Positions 1 through 9,593 of a DNA stretch of 42,322 bases are shown piece by piece (position 1 is the stretch's first letter; every line of letters starts with the position of its first letter). Source of the DNA: a virus; the UHGV virus genome UHGV-0136707. One strand, given 5' to 3'. The position numbers and the translations under genes were made by a program. The notes below the pieces were generated by a model. That model searched no databases, was not told the DNA's origin, and saw only the letters and a program-made list of their open reading frames with translations.

Positions 1-318
1 GATTGCTTTCTGGCGTTCTAGCTCCTTATAAATCTGCATTGCCTCAATTAGTACCGGCCTGCCGTTCATGAAGGGATCGCGCAACCTTACACGCTGGCCA
101 ACTCGACCAGTAATAAAGCTGTTTTCCTCTTCCACCAGCACGATAAAACCCTTTTCCTCTTTTTCTCGCAATTCGCGCAGCAGCTGGAGTTCCATGTCGC
201 GGCGGCGTTCAGGGTAGCTGGTCCGCTCAGCCATTATCAGCTCGTTATTGATCCATGCAGCAGTCATTGACGCCGGTTTGCCGACGCTCATCGAAACAAC
301 GCATATTTTCTTATCCAT
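1..318 (-). CDS. mat: N-terminal part of a Mat-like protein (gene runs off the window edge)
   Basis: Minus-strand reading frame from ATG at 316-318, open to position 1 (about 106 codons, MDKKICVVSMSVGKPASMTAAWINNELIMAERTSYPERRRDMELQLL...). Position beside ref matches the P1 order cre-cra-ref-mat as I recall it. No recognisable domain. Confidence 0.35.
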   Translation of the reverse strand, partial: MDKKICVVSMSVGKPASMTAAWINNELIMAERTSYPERRRDMELQLLRELREKEEKGFIVLVEEENSFITGRVGQRVRLRDPFMNGRPVLIEAMQIYKELERQKAI

Positions 319-507
319 AGCGCCCCCTACAAAAAAGAAAAGCCACCAGCGGCGGCTTAGCAATACAACTGAAGGTAGCGCCCGGTACTCAGACTGTGCC
401 GTCCATGGAATATTTGAAAAGGGATCCATCCGTACCGGGCGTGTGATGATTCTGACTGAAGTCACTTGTCAGTTGTCAATCATTTATCATTAAAAATAAT
501 ATATTTA

Positions 508-1068
508 TTAGTGCATGATGTTTGCCATCTCATAGGCGTCAGCCAGTAACTCCATCTCTGACTTGTTCAGCAGGGTGAATTCTTTCTTGCCTCCAACCAC
601 ACCATCGGCATGAACAGGGACCAGCCAGGGGTATTTTGCTCTTACTTCAGCCGGTGCTGCATGCTGGTGGTGCCATCTACAAAGTGGCAATTGCTTTTTA
701 TGACAACCCGGCGCGGTACGACCGGCGATATGGTGCAGAGACACCTCATTAGATATTACTCCATGCATATAGCAGGCAATGCAGGGGAGAGCGCCAAGAG
801 CATTGGCGATGCGCCGTTCCTCCGCCGTTGGTGTTCTCCCCTTCAAGCCACGAGATTTTATTTTTACCGCGCTTTTCCGCGTTTTGCTGGCTGGTGGGCG
901 TTCTTTCTGTTTAGCGATACGGCGGTCGATAGTATCCCGCATTTTCTGATATTGAGATTCTCGCCAGACCGGATCAGCCAACTTCTCCCGTTGCCGAGCG
1001 ATCGCTCGTTCTCTGGCTGCCTTCTGCCACTTGCGGCACTGTTCAATTTTTTGTTCGATTGTTTTCAT
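508..1068 (-). CDS. ref: Ref, recombination enhancement function (HNH-like nuclease)
   Basis: 186-aa ORF. N-terminus MKTIEQKIEQCRKWQ and the Cys/His-rich core (CIACYMHG...HHIAGR...CHKK...CRWHH) match my memory of P1 Ref. Lies next to cra/cre. Confidence 0.85.
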   Translation of the reverse strand: MKTIEQKIEQCRKWQKAARERAIARQREKLADPVWRESQYQKMRDTIDRRIAKQKERPPASKTRKSAVKIKSRGLKGRTPTAEERRIANALGALPCIACYMHGVISNEVSLHHIAGRTAPGCHKKQLPLCRWHHQHAAPAEVRAKYPWLVPVHADGVVGGKKEFTLLNKSEMELLADAYEMANIMH

Positions 1069-1074
1069 ATGGTC

Positions 1075-1100
1075 AAAAAAAAGGCGGCCTAATGGCCGCC
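1075..1100 (-). terminator. hairpin plus U8 tract in the ref leader
   Basis: Minus-strand GGCGGCC-ATTA-GGCCGCC followed by TTTTTTTT, ending 6 nt before the ref ATG. Confidence 0.5.
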
Positions 1101-1167
1101 AATGATGTCAAGGAGTGAAGTAATGGCAACGTCTTCGTAGTTGACAAAAACTGCGGCTCAATTATAG

Positions 1168-1184
1168 CAATCAATTAGAGCAAT
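1168..1184 (-). promoter_or_regulatory. C1-operator-like site upstream of ref
   Basis: 14/17 match to the operator consensus ATTGCTCTAATAAATTT (recalled from literature), in reverse orientation. Overlaps a plus-strand TTGACA-N16-TATAGC promoter-like element at 1141-1168. Confidence 0.4.
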
Positions 1185-1291
1185 GGTAGATATTTTGTTT
1201 ATCGCGAATCACATTTTTTCACTTCAGTACCTGTGTGCTATACTCCTTCTTGATTGATTGGATGCGGAATACAAACCCGCTCTTTTGTGCA

Positions 1292-1318
1292 GCCTGGCTC
1301 CTTGCCAGGCTTTTTTTT
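1292..1318 (+). terminator. intrinsic terminator, plus orientation
   Basis: GCCTGGC-TCCTT-GCCAGGC followed by T8. The T-run is only on the plus side. Confidence 0.6.
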
Positions 1319-1628
1319 ATTTCATCATGGAAGCTGTTAATGCTTTGGACCTTGCTGAACTGATTGAGAGGGCTTTGTCAACGTGCCCCAAAAATTCGCC
1401 AAACTCAGACATCACTCTGGCAAAACCGCGCCGTGCTTCTTCCTCGGTGGCATTCATCACGAAATGTTCAGCACTACGCATACTTTTGACAGGGAACGCA
1501 ACGGATATTGAGTCAATATCAGGCATTCTATCGCTCAGCTTTACAGTGACAATGACGGCTGGCGACTGAATATTAGTGCTTACAGACAGCACTACATATT
1601 TTCCGTCGATGTTGAAATCCTTTCTCAT
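1317..1628 (-). CDS. cra: small protein between ref and cre (cra-like)
   Basis: 103-aa ORF in the position of P1 cra. No recognisable domain. An operator-like 17-mer sits just upstream at 1645-1661. Confidence 0.45.
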   Translation of the reverse strand: MRKDFNIDGKYVVLSVSTNIQSPAVIVTVKLSDRMPDIDSISVAFPVKSMRSAEHFVMNATEEEARRGFARVMSEFGEFLGHVDKALSISSARSKALTASMMK

Positions 1629-1644
1629 ATGCCACCATAAATAT

Positions 1645-1661
1645 CAAATAATTAGAGCAAT
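1645..1661 (-). promoter_or_regulatory. C1-operator-like site between cre and cra
   Basis: 14/17 match, reverse orientation. Confidence 0.4.
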
Positions 1662-1678
1662 TTATTGTACATTGACGG

Positions 1679-2710
1679 CTAATCACCATCTTCCAGCAGG
1701 CGCACCATTGCCCCCGTTTCACTATCCAGATTACGGATATAGTTCATGACAATATTTACGTTGGTCCAGCCACCAGCTTGCATGATCTCCGGTATTGAAA
1801 CTCCGGCGCGGGCCATATCTCGCGCGGCTCCGACACGGGCACTGTGTCCAGACCAGGCCAGGTACCTCTGACCAGAGTCATCCTTAGCCCCGTAAATCAA
1901 TCGGTGAGTTGCTTCAAAAATCCCTTCCAGGGCGCGAGTTGATAGCTGGCTGGTGGATGATGGCGAGGCAACACCATTTTTTCTGACCCGGCAAAACAAG
2001 TAGTTATTCGGATCATCAGCCACACCAGAGACAGAAATCCATCGCTCGACCAGTTTAGTTACCCCCAGGCTAAGTGCCTTCTCTACACCTGCGGTGCTAA
2101 CCAGCGTTTTCGTTCTGCCAATATGGATTAACATTCTCCCACCGTCAGTACGTGAGATATCTTTAACCCTGATCCTGGCAATTTCGGCTATACGTAACAG
2201 GGTGTTATAAGCAATCCCCAGAAATGCCAGATTACGTATATCCTGGCAGCGATCGCTATTTTCCATGAGTGAACGAACCTGGTCGAAATCAGTGCGTTCG
2301 AACGCTAGTGCCTGTTTTGCACGTTCACCGGCATCAACGTTTTCTTTTCGGATCCTCCGCATGACCAGTGAAACAGCATTGCTGTCACTTGGTCGTGGCA
2401 GCCCGGACCGACGATGAAGCATGTTTAGCTGGCCCAAATGTTGCTGGATAGTTTTTACTGCCAGACCGCGCGCCTGAAGATATAGAAGATAATCGCGGAC
2501 ATCTTCAGGTTCTGCGGGAAACCATTTCCGGTTATTCAACTTGCACCATGCCGCCCATGACCGACAAACGGACAGAAGCATTTTCCAGGTATGCTCAGAA
2601 AACGCCTGGCGATCCCTGAACATATCCATCAGGTTCTTGCGAACCTCATCACTCGTTGCATCGACCGGCAATGCAGGCAAATTTTGGTGTACGGTCAGTA
2701 AATTGGACAT
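1679..2710 (-). CDS. cre: Cre tyrosine site-specific recombinase
   Basis: 343-aa ORF whose sequence I recognise as Cre (MSNLLTVHQNLPALPVDATSDEVRKNLMDMFRDRQAFSEHTWKMLLSVCRSWAAWCKLNNRKWFPAEPEDVRDYLLYLQARGLAVKTIQQH... and C-terminal catalytic region GHSARVGAARDMARAGVSIPEIMQAGGWTNVNIVMNYIRNLDSE). Canonical loxP lies 419 bp upstream. Confidence 0.98.
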   Translation of the reverse strand: MSNLLTVHQNLPALPVDATSDEVRKNLMDMFRDRQAFSEHTWKMLLSVCRSWAAWCKLNNRKWFPAEPEDVRDYLLYLQARGLAVKTIQQHLGQLNMLHRRSGLPRPSDSNAVSLVMRRIRKENVDAGERAKQALAFERTDFDQVRSLMENSDRCQDIRNLAFLGIAYNTLLRIAEIARIRVKDISRTDGGRMLIHIGRTKTLVSTAGVEKALSLGVTKLVERWISVSGVADDPNNYLFCRVRKNGVASPSSTSQLSTRALEGIFEATHRLIYGAKDDSGQRYLAWSGHSARVGAARDMARAGVSIPEIMQAGGWTNVNIVMNYIRNLDSETGAMVRLLEDGD

Positions 2711-2717
2711 TTAACAC

Positions 2718-2939
2718 TCAGATAATGGTTTTAAGTAAAGTGTACAGGATCGGCTCTGCCTTTACCTGTTTATGGTTCTCGTCATAGAAACGCCAGCGAC
2801 CGCGCGTGCGTTCTATCTTTTCTTCACCGCGCGATAATGACAGTTGGCAACTATCACGGTCAAACCCTTTTGCCCGCCAGTAACCACGATTTTTCTCAAG
2901 CTCAAGATGAGTGGACACTTTAGCAGCTGAATATCCCAT
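2718..2939 (-). CDS. hypothetical small protein in the cre leader
   Basis: 73-aa ORF with a GAGGTG Shine-Dalgarno 4 nt before its ATG (2937-2939). Its stop is 8 nt from the cre start. I do not recall a P1 gene here, so it may be spurious. Confidence 0.3.
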   Translation of the reverse strand: MGYSAAKVSTHLELEKNRGYWRAKGFDRDSCQLSLSRGEEKIERTRGRWRFYDENHKQVKAEPILYTLLKTII

Positions 2940-3036
2940 TTTTCACCTCTGATTGATTGGTGGTGCTAAGTGCGCTACGCGAAATCTGGAGCACTAACAC
3001 TGCCAACATTTCGCAGATTTTACGTAGCGCAACCTT

Positions 3037-3056
3037 GATCAAATGATCAAGTGATC
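3037..3056. promoter_or_regulatory. cluster of three GATC (Dam) sites in the cre upstream region
   Basis: GATCAAATGATCAAGTGATC: three GATC at 8-bp spacing, ~330 bp upstream of cre. Consistent with Dam-sensitive cre promoters described for P1. Confidence 0.4.
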
Positions 3057-3128
3057 ACTATTTGACCTGATAAGGTATTGAACTGTATGGATTTACAGGT
3101 AAATTGATCATGTTCAATAACCCTTAAG

Positions 3129-3162
3129 ATAACTTCGTATAATGTATGCTATACGAAGTTAT
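3129..3162 (+). other. loxP: loxP recombination site
   Basis: Exact ATAACTTCGTATA-ATGTATGC-TATACGAAGTTAT: 13-bp inverted repeats around the 8-bp asymmetric spacer. Confidence 0.98.
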
Positions 3163-3205
3163 TAGGTCCGAAGAGGAGTTTACGTCCAGCTGCGCATAAA
3201 AATCA

Positions 3206-3222
3206 AGAATTATTAGAGCAAT
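3206..3222 (-). promoter_or_regulatory. C1-operator-like site (immC region)
   Basis: 15/17 match, reverse orientation, 44 bp right of loxP. Confidence 0.55.
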
Positions 3223-3282
3223 AAATTTTGAGAGAAAAATCCCACTCCACCAGCCAAAAACTGGATTGTTTTTCATAGTTGT

Positions 3283-3309
3283 TTGACAATTGCTCTAATA
3301 AATTATAGT
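3283..3309 (+). promoter_or_regulatory. promoter overlapped by a C1 operator (immC, drives coi/c1 direction)
   Basis: -35 TTGACA (3283-3288), operator ATTGCTCTAATAAATTA (3289-3305, 16/17), -10 TATAGT (3304-3309). Confidence 0.65.
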
Positions 3310-3543
3310 TTTGCCGCCGTTTCGTAATACGACTTTGGATTCACTATTTAATGTGTCTTCAGCGTTGTAGAGCGGCTCAGAAGGAAATGAGCAAACAGGG
3401 AAACCTTATACAACGGCATTACAGCTATGCATTGCTCATCTTACACACAGCGCAATGTTGTTAGATTACCCCAGCATGGATCATGGGTGAAACAGTAGGT
3501 CAGAGCTTCAGGCTCTGTGTTGTCAATACAGTGAGGCATAATT

Positions 3544-3753
3544 ATGGCTTTCATTCCACCAACCATCGACGACGTTAGACATTGCTCTAACGCTTTATCT
3601 GTAGACCCCGCCGAAACCGACGCTGCCCGCGCCATTGCTGAACACTACTCAAAGATATCCAATCAGGAGTACCGCATCACCCAAGACGACCTGGATGATC
3701 TCACTGACACAATCGAATATCTCATGGCCACTAACCAGCCAGACTCACAATAA
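3544..3753 (+). CDS. coi: Coi, C1-inactivator protein
   Basis: 69-aa ORF immediately upstream of c1 on the same strand. Size and position match P1 coi. Operator-like sites flank it. Confidence 0.75.
   Translation: MAFIPPTIDDVRHCSNALSVDPAETDAARAIAEHYSKISNQEYRITQDDLDDLTDTIEYLMATNQPDSQ
3581..3597 (+). promoter_or_regulatory. weak C1-operator-like site inside coi
   Basis: 13/17 match (ATTGCTCTAACGCTTTA). Confidence 0.3.
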
Positions 3754-3769
3754 ATGCACTAATAAATCT
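3753..3769 (+). promoter_or_regulatory. C1-operator-like site between coi and c1
   Basis: 14/17 match (AATGCACTAATAAATCT), starting at the coi stop. Confidence 0.4.
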
Positions 3770-3863
3770 ATTATTTTCGTTGGATCCTTCTATAATGGTG
3801 GCCAACAACTCCCAGTGTAATCCGCTGTGAGTTGTTGGCCATGTCAATTCTGGAGGAGGATCA

Positions 3864-4715
3864 ATGATAAATTATGTCTACGGCGAACAACTGTACCAGG
3901 AGTTCGTCAGCTTCAGGGATCTCTTTCTAAAAAAAGCTGTTGCACGCGCCCAACACGTTGATGCCGCCAGCGACGGTCGTCCTGTACGCCCGGTTGTCGT
4001 TCTGCCGTTCAAAGAAACGGACAGCATTCAGGCTGAAATTGATAAATGGACTTTAATGGCGCGGGAACTGGAACAGTACCCAGACCTCAATATCCCAAAG
4101 ACTATTTTATATCCAGTGCCTAACATCCTTCGCGGTGTGCGTAAGGTTACAACTTATCAGACAGAAGCTGTGAACAGCGTCAACATGACCGCTGGCCGCA
4201 TTATTCATCTGATTGATAAGGACATTCGCATCCAGAAAAGCGCGGGGATCAATGAGCACAGTGCGAAATACATAGAGAACCTGGAAGCAACAAAAGAGCT
4301 AATGAAGCAGTACCCGGAGGATGAAAAATTCCGTATGCGTGTACACGGCTTTAGCGAAACAATGCTGCGCGTCCATTACATTTCCAGTAGCCCTAACTAC
4401 AATGATGGTAAATCAGTTAGTTACCATGTGCCGCTGTGTGGTGTGTTTATCTGCGATGAAACTCTCCGTGATGGAATCATCATCAACGGTGAATTCGAGA
4501 AAGCAAAATTTAGCCTTTATGACTCTATAGAACCGATCATCTGCGACCGCTGGCCGCAGGCAAAAATATATCGCCTGGCAGATATTGAAAATGTAAAAAA
4601 ACAAATTGCCATCACTCGCGAAGAGAAAAAGGTCAAATCAGCCGCATCAGTTACGCGCAGCCGTAAAACTAAGAAGGGGCAGCCAGTAAACGACAACCCC
4701 GAAAGCGCGCAATAG
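3864..4715 (+). CDS. c1: C1 repressor of lysogeny
   Basis: 283-aa ORF (MINYVYGEQLYQEFVSFRDLFLKKAV...). Length and N-terminus match my memory of P1 C1. Several ATTGCTCTAATAAATTT-like operators lie upstream. Confidence 0.93.
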   Translation: MINYVYGEQLYQEFVSFRDLFLKKAVARAQHVDAASDGRPVRPVVVLPFKETDSIQAEIDKWTLMARELEQYPDLNIPKTILYPVPNILRGVRKVTTYQTEAVNSVNMTAGRIIHLIDKDIRIQKSAGINEHSAKYIENLEATKELMKQYPEDEKFRMRVHGFSETMLRVHYISSSPNYNDGKSVSYHVPLCGVFICDETLRDGIIINGEFEKAKFSLYDSIEPIICDRWPQAKIYRLADIENVKKQIAITREEKKVKSAASVTRSRKTKKGQPVNDNPESAQ

Positions 4716-4739
4716 TTTCTATCCGGCATGGTCAATGAG

Positions 4740-6224
4740 TTATTCATTAAGCCATGCCAGAGCTTCATCAACCTGCGCTTCGTCTTCGACGCTAAGCACT
4801 TCATCCTGGGGAACATAATCAGCCAGCATAGCGAAACAATATGTATCCCAATGGTCTGGTGAGTGCAGGTTGAGTTTTTTCTTCATATCCTCCTTACTCA
4901 TCACCTTCCATTGACCTGCGGAGTTAATCCCTACAGGGATTTTCGACGCTTCCTCAATAGTTTCATTACCCTTATCCAGTCTCATACGACCAGATTTTAC
5001 GGCCTCTGCGGCTTGAACGTTGGCATAAGCACGTTTATCAAAGTACAGGCTCTTATCTTCACGGCTATGCATCTTTTTACCCCAGCGTATACGCTGTACG
5101 GTAATACCATAATACTCGTACATCAGATCCGCCGTTGCTTTACCCAGGCCATCGCCGTCTATCGCTATGGTGATATTTGGGAATCGCTCAGGATTACATT
5201 CTGCGAAAATTTTGGCGGCAAGCTGCGTTTCTGTAACGTCTGTGTATTCCAGCATTCGATAGTTGATTACACGGCGTTTATTTCGCTGGCCGGACACCAT
5301 CATGATATTGATAACGGACTTATCCCGTCCCGTACCACCAGCAACGTCCACACATGCAAGCCAGCCCCATCCTTTGGCAATCTTGACTTTCCGCCGCGTT
5401 GCACGTTCAACCTCATCACGTCCAAGAAGGAAGCCATCCTGTGATTTAGGGAATAGGCCGCGTACCTTAATCATGTACATAGGGTTATCACGCCCGCCGT
5501 ACTCCGCCAGCTTCATTTTGATAAATGCTGGCGTTACCAGCGGTGATTCCTCACTGTTAAGCGTGATCGCCGTATAAACGCCATCAGGGTTACCAGGACG
5601 CTTGGCCAGTTTATGGTGAGTATCGTAGAAATAGCCGCTTGGGCGTGTAGGCTGTGACAGCAATAAGATGCGGTTATCCTGTCCGGTAAGAGCACCGGTG
5701 ATGATACCGAAAGCTCTATCACTGACACCGGAGGCTTCATCGATAATATACAGAAGATGATCTGCGTGTTCACCTGCGAGAGCTTCTTCACTTCCCAGAC
5801 GAAAGCCCTTCGGTACTACAGTCCATACACCTTTACCAGTAACTTCATAAAAAGCGGTTTCTGTCAGAACAAAATAATCAGCAAGCCATGGAAAACGGCT
5901 GGTGGCCGTAGCCCAGTTTATCTTGATGTACTTGAATATACCGGTCATTACCTGCTGAATTTTGTTCGCAACGATAATGGCACGGGCACCGGGATACATG
6001 ATTATGAACAACATGATCATGATAGAAGTCATGTCTGATTTCCCGGTACCGTGACCAGACGAAACAGATGTCTTGCTACCCTGTTCCTGCACAGACTCAA
6101 TAATCAGATCCTGCTGCCAGGTAGGTGTTTTGCCGAACAAAACATCAGCGGCCGCAATCCAGTCATAACGATATAGCGCCACCAGCTCGCGCCAACGTGG
6201 ATCCGTTACGCAACTTCTGGCCAT
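4740..6224 (-). CDS. pacB: PacB, terminase large subunit
   Basis: 494-aa ORF coupled to pacA by a 1-nt overlap at 6224. Walker-A-like GHGTGKSD and a nuclease-like C-terminal half. Convergent with c1 as in P1. Confidence 0.9.
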   Translation of the reverse strand: MARSCVTDPRWRELVALYRYDWIAAADVLFGKTPTWQQDLIIESVQEQGSKTSVSSGHGTGKSDMTSIMIMLFIIMYPGARAIIVANKIQQVMTGIFKYIKINWATATSRFPWLADYFVLTETAFYEVTGKGVWTVVPKGFRLGSEEALAGEHADHLLYIIDEASGVSDRAFGIITGALTGQDNRILLLSQPTRPSGYFYDTHHKLAKRPGNPDGVYTAITLNSEESPLVTPAFIKMKLAEYGGRDNPMYMIKVRGLFPKSQDGFLLGRDEVERATRRKVKIAKGWGWLACVDVAGGTGRDKSVINIMMVSGQRNKRRVINYRMLEYTDVTETQLAAKIFAECNPERFPNITIAIDGDGLGKATADLMYEYYGITVQRIRWGKKMHSREDKSLYFDKRAYANVQAAEAVKSGRMRLDKGNETIEEASKIPVGINSAGQWKVMSKEDMKKKLNLHSPDHWDTYCFAMLADYVPQDEVLSVEDEAQVDEALAWLNE

Positions 6225-7417
6225 TAATCATCATCCCCGTATAGCTTGCGGGTAACTTCTTCGTCTTCCTCCTCGTCTTCGTCCAGGTCTTGTTCCAGCC
6301 ATGGTTCGTTTGATACACCTTCAGTATCAACATCTCCATAACCGCCTGTATCAACGATATCGGCGATTTCTTCCCTACGTTGCTCAATCCACAATGCAGC
6401 ATCGGCGCGGCGGTTGGCGGCCCGTTCTCGCGCAACTTTGTCCAGATCTTCAAGAGAAGGGCCACCGACGGCAGTTTGCCTTTCCTCATCATCGGTATTT
6501 GTCTTAGGAGCACGCAGATCGGCTTTGATTTGTTCCAGCATCAGGGGCGGCACTTTCCCTCCATGCGCCTCGATGAATTCAGCCGCTTCCAGCACTGACC
6601 AGTTATTTTCACGCTTTCGTTCGTATGCCAGCTTAACAATGCCAGCTTGCCCCATAGATAAAGCGTGCTTTTCCGCCTCCCGGCTTTCTTTTCGATAGTT
6701 ATTCCGGATGCTGTAAATGGTGTTGATCAGGCTGCTTATCTGCGCGGAACAGCTGTTTAGCATGCTCGCGATACGGTATTCAGGCGGAGTACCTTCATCA
6801 TCGGCTTTTTGCTGATCGCGCATTTCCTGCACCAAGCGAATACACGTATCCCTGGCGTTCTCCAGCATAAGGAGATGAGAAAGAGACTTTTCAAGAAGAG
6901 TGGTTTCCAGAACATCGGCCCCGGACCGACGCAACATAGCGCGCGCGGCCTTCCGCGCTTCAACGTTATCTATCAGGTAATCGCCAGCTTCGAATTCAAA
7001 GCGTTCACCATCATCATCCAGGGTGTCGCGTTCCAGGCGATCACGTAAGGTCCGGTGGGCGCGGGTGATCACGTCATGATCATCTGAACGATCATTTATG
7101 CGCTTATTTTGGCGCTTCGCATTCTCTACTGCGGCACTGACAACGGCATTAACTCTTTGTTTTTCCGCTATTTCCGCCGCAATGTGATCACCTGAATGTT
7201 GATCATTAGAGTGATCAATGATCATGCTTTTTAGTGGCTTCCTGACTGGCTTATTTGGCTTGCGGCTGTCCGCTGTCCTGGTGTCTTCTTTGAAGGCACG
7301 GAGATAACGACGTGCGGTATTAGGGTTAAGATTAAACTCGGCGGCATACTGTGCGATGGTGTAACCACCATCTCGCGCCAGGCGAGCAAAATTCTTCTTG
7401 TGATCGTCCCAGGTCAC
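6224..7417 (-). CDS. pacA: PacA, terminase small subunit (contains the pac site)
   Basis: 397-aa ORF starting with GTG. HTH-like N-terminus ([22 protein letters not shown]). The GATC-hexamer pac cluster at 7039-7226 lies inside it, as in P1. Confidence 0.9.
   Translation of the reverse strand: MTWDDHKKNFARLARDGGYTIAQYAAEFNLNPNTARRYLRAFKEDTRTADSRKPNKPVRKPLKSMIIDHSNDQHSGDHIAAEIAEKQRVNAVVSAAVENAKRQNKRINDRSDDHDVITRAHRTLRDRLERDTLDDDGERFEFEAGDYLIDNVEARKAARAMLRRSGADVLETTLLEKSLSHLLMLENARDTCIRLVQEMRDQQKADDEGTPPEYRIASMLNSCSAQISSLINTIYSIRNNYRKESREAEKHALSMGQAGIVKLAYERKRENNWSVLEAAEFIEAHGGKVPPLMLEQIKADLRAPKTNTDDEERQTAVGGPSLEDLDKVARERAANRRADAALWIEQRREEIADIVDTGGYGDVDTEGVSNEPWLEQDLDEDEEEDEEVTRKLYGDDD
7039..7226. 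other. pac: pac packaging site (two clusters of TGATCA hexamers)
   Basis: Four GATC-containing hexamers at 7039-7096 and four at 7185-7225, separated by ~90 bp, all inside pacA. Matches the P1 pac architecture. Confidence 0.85.
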
Positions 7418-7502
7418 TTATGCTTCCTTTCGTAAAAACTCTTTTTGACGCGAGGGTAACGAAAGTCACATGTCAAAAGGCCCGGAACGGGCAAGCAATC
7501 AA

Positions 7503-7955
7503 TCAGATACGTGCGGATGTGGCATTACCGTAATTACGGTGCTGACGGGCCACCTTATTGAAAAGTTGACGCGCCATTACCCAAGGCTGGTGCTCCCGGC
7601 GTTCCTTTTCGTCCTGCGTCATATAGAGTTCGTTCTGGAGTTTTTCATCAAACCGGCGCGGTGCGCGGCTGCGGCGAAAGAATTCAGGGTTCAGAGAGTG
7701 GATCTGAAATCTACGTGGGCGTGTACTGTCATCAATCAAAACAGACGAATACTTAGACACAGCGATAGCCTTTAAGCGCAGATAAACGTCGCGCTTATCG
7801 ACATCCAGATGCGGGTATTCCTTTTCAAGGATTGCTGCGAGTTCTTTCGCTGATAGAAGAGATTTAGTGCGGATCATGTAATCCGCAATCTCATACGATG
7901 TTATTCGTGAGTGATTTATTTCCATGAAGTGGCGTCCCTGCCAGTTAAGTAACAT
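7503..7955 (-). CDS. lpa: Lpa, late promoter activator
   Basis: 150-aa ORF directly upstream of pacA with an AGGTGA Shine-Dalgarno. Size and position match P1 lpa (gene 10). An operator-like site lies upstream at 8026-8042. Confidence 0.75.
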   Translation of the reverse strand: MLLNWQGRHFMEINHSRITSYEIADYMIRTKSLLSAKELAAILEKEYPHLDVDKRDVYLRLKAIAVSKYSSVLIDDSTRPRRFQIHSLNPEFFRRSRAPRRFDEKLQNELYMTQDEKERREHQPWVMARQLFNKVARQHRNYGNATSARI

Positions 7956-8025
7956 CCTGTCACCTACTGATTAGCCCATGTCAACTAATCAACGTGGAAT
8001 ATAATACCCTCGATTAAAGAAATAG

Positions 8026-8042
8026 CAACACATTAGAGCAAT
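8026..8042 (-). promoter_or_regulatory. C1-operator-like site upstream of lpa
   Basis: 13/17 match in the 88-bp gap upstream of lpa. P1 lpa is known to be C1-controlled. Confidence 0.4.
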
Positions 8043-8043
8043 T

Positions 8044-9087
8044 TTATCTAACGCTCGACGAATGACTTGTGATAGCGCCGACTCCAAGCGCGTAATCAAA
8101 GAACAATCGTTGATGCATCGCCAGCCTGCCGTGTGTTTTCTCCCAATTATCGCGGTCACGCTCAATATCACGCTGGCATGACTGGCACAGAGGAATCGCA
8201 TAAATGTCATGCGCGCATAATCGACTATGACGAACGATATAAGGCGTAATGTGAGCGCCAGCTCCCGCAGCTCCACACCCACAGCATGGACGGGAAGCAA
8301 CAAAGTCCATGTACTCAGGTAATTTTAGCGATTGCAGTTTTGGTATTTTGAAATGCGCCATGCCAGGGTCGGAGTCAACATCCACAGGGCATACTTTTGC
8401 TCGCATCGGCGCGGCGCGTTCTTCCATCATCTGAACATATGCTGTAGCGCGATCGTCATACGGGCGAATATCCGCCTCTTTCAGAGGTCCGCTATCCTGC
8501 GTTGCTGCCTTAATCTTATTTATTGATATACGGCAGACTTCTTCCGGCATAAGGTGCATCATGTCGCGCATGAAAGCCCACCAGCACAGTTCCTGAATAC
8601 TTAAATCATGGCCATCTGAAAGCCCCATTTCCTGACGGGCGACATCCAGTATCCAGTTAACGCGATTATTATGCAGCGTTTCTTTCAGCTCATTAAAACC
8701 ACGCATCCTGTAATGGTTATCGTGATGCCAGCACAACAACACCGCGCTATTGTCTCGTTCTGCGTGGACAATATGGTTGTCACACCAGCTACGATCTGCG
8801 GCCTGGCATTGCCCCTCTTTCCTGCGCAACCACGCCACCAGCGCGTCAATTCCACCAATACGGCGAAACAGTTCATCGCTGTTAAAAAACGGCTGCAACG
8901 CCTCATTTGTTGCCATAGTTTGCTCGGAAACAACGAGGCCGTCGTCCATGTGCTCGATTAACTCACGCGGCACCGGCTCCATAATAAATTTACGGCCAGC
9001 CTCCACCAGCTTTCTGACTTCCTGATCCACTTTGAATGTGGCGACGCCAAGCTCTTTTTGTACAAAGGGAGTAATTACGGCTTTCAC
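8044..9087 (-). CDS. Cys/His-rich protein, possible zinc-binding nuclease-like domain
   Basis: 347-aa ORF starting with GTG. Motifs CWHHDNHY and RPCCGCG...H...C...CQSC. Sits between doc and lpa. Confidence 0.6.
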   Translation of the reverse strand: MKAVITPFVQKELGVATFKVDQEVRKLVEAGRKFIMEPVPRELIEHMDDGLVVSEQTMATNEALQPFFNSDELFRRIGGIDALVAWLRRKEGQCQAADRSWCDNHIVHAERDNSAVLLCWHHDNHYRMRGFNELKETLHNNRVNWILDVARQEMGLSDGHDLSIQELCWWAFMRDMMHLMPEEVCRISINKIKAATQDSGPLKEADIRPYDDRATAYVQMMEERAAPMRAKVCPVDVDSDPGMAHFKIPKLQSLKLPEYMDFVASRPCCGCGAAGAGAHITPYIVRHSRLCAHDIYAIPLCQSCQRDIERDRDNWEKTHGRLAMHQRLFFDYALGVGAITSHSSSVR

Positions 9088-9298
9088 ATCACACCTTTCA
9101 TCACTGATTGGGCTTTATCTGCTGCCCGGCATTCTCTGTTTAAGCACAACCATTTCCTGACGGCATAACACAGCAATAGCAGTCCTGGCTCCAATTTGCT
9201 TACCAACCAGGTATTGCTTTACCTTGCGGCGACTCACGCCATCAAGAAGCATCTTTAACGCTTCACGGGACAATTTGTTGTATTTACGTGCCATTAAT

Positions 9299-9574
9299 CT
9301 ACTCCGCGGAACCATACAATCTACGTAGCGTGGTAGCAGTAGATGCAGATATCGCCCTTAAAATCTCCTCCTTACTTACATCACTGCGGGAGAGGAGTTC
9401 AGAAAGCGATATTTCCTTTAACGACTTTTGCTTCTCTTTGCAGTTCTCGACCAGTTCCGCAGGAATAACAAACCTACTATCAATCGGCACAAGTTCATCA
9501 AGCGTTTGTTTGGGTACGTTAAACGTAGGATTCTTGAACACCGCAGATTCGGTCCTTAAGTTAATTTTCGACAT
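9299..9574 (-). CDS. hypothetical protein downstream of doc
   Basis: 91-aa ORF 20 bp after the doc stop, same strand. Confidence 0.45.
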   Translation of the reverse strand: MSKINLRTESAVFKNPTFNVPKQTLDELVPIDSRFVIPAELVENCKEKQKSLKEISLSELLSRSDVSKEEILRAISASTATTLRRLYGSAE

Positions 9575-9593
9575 TGTTTCGTAACTCCACTAC

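Noticed and set aside
248-1092. Plus-strand ORFs of 81 and 160 aa
   Set aside because: Antisense to the mat-like gene and ref respectively, with no ribosome-binding site; ref and mat are the better-supported frames.
1679-3162. Cre/loxP as evidence of an integrated island or integron
   Set aside because: Cre-loxP in P1 is the plasmid dimer-resolution and cyclisation system; the surrounding replicon and phage genes show this is an autonomous phage-plasmid, not an integrative element boundary.
3441-3635. Minus-strand 64-aa ORF in the immunity region
   Set aside because: Antisense to the start of coi and to the region where small plus-strand immunity genes (imcB/imcA in P1) would lie. A 37-codon plus-strand ORF at 3351-3464 is a weak imc candidate but I could not support it well enough to list.
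4321-6038. Multiple 60-190 aa ORFs in alternative frames within c1 and pacB
   Set aside because: Embedded in or antisense to long, recognisable genes; typical shadow ORFs.
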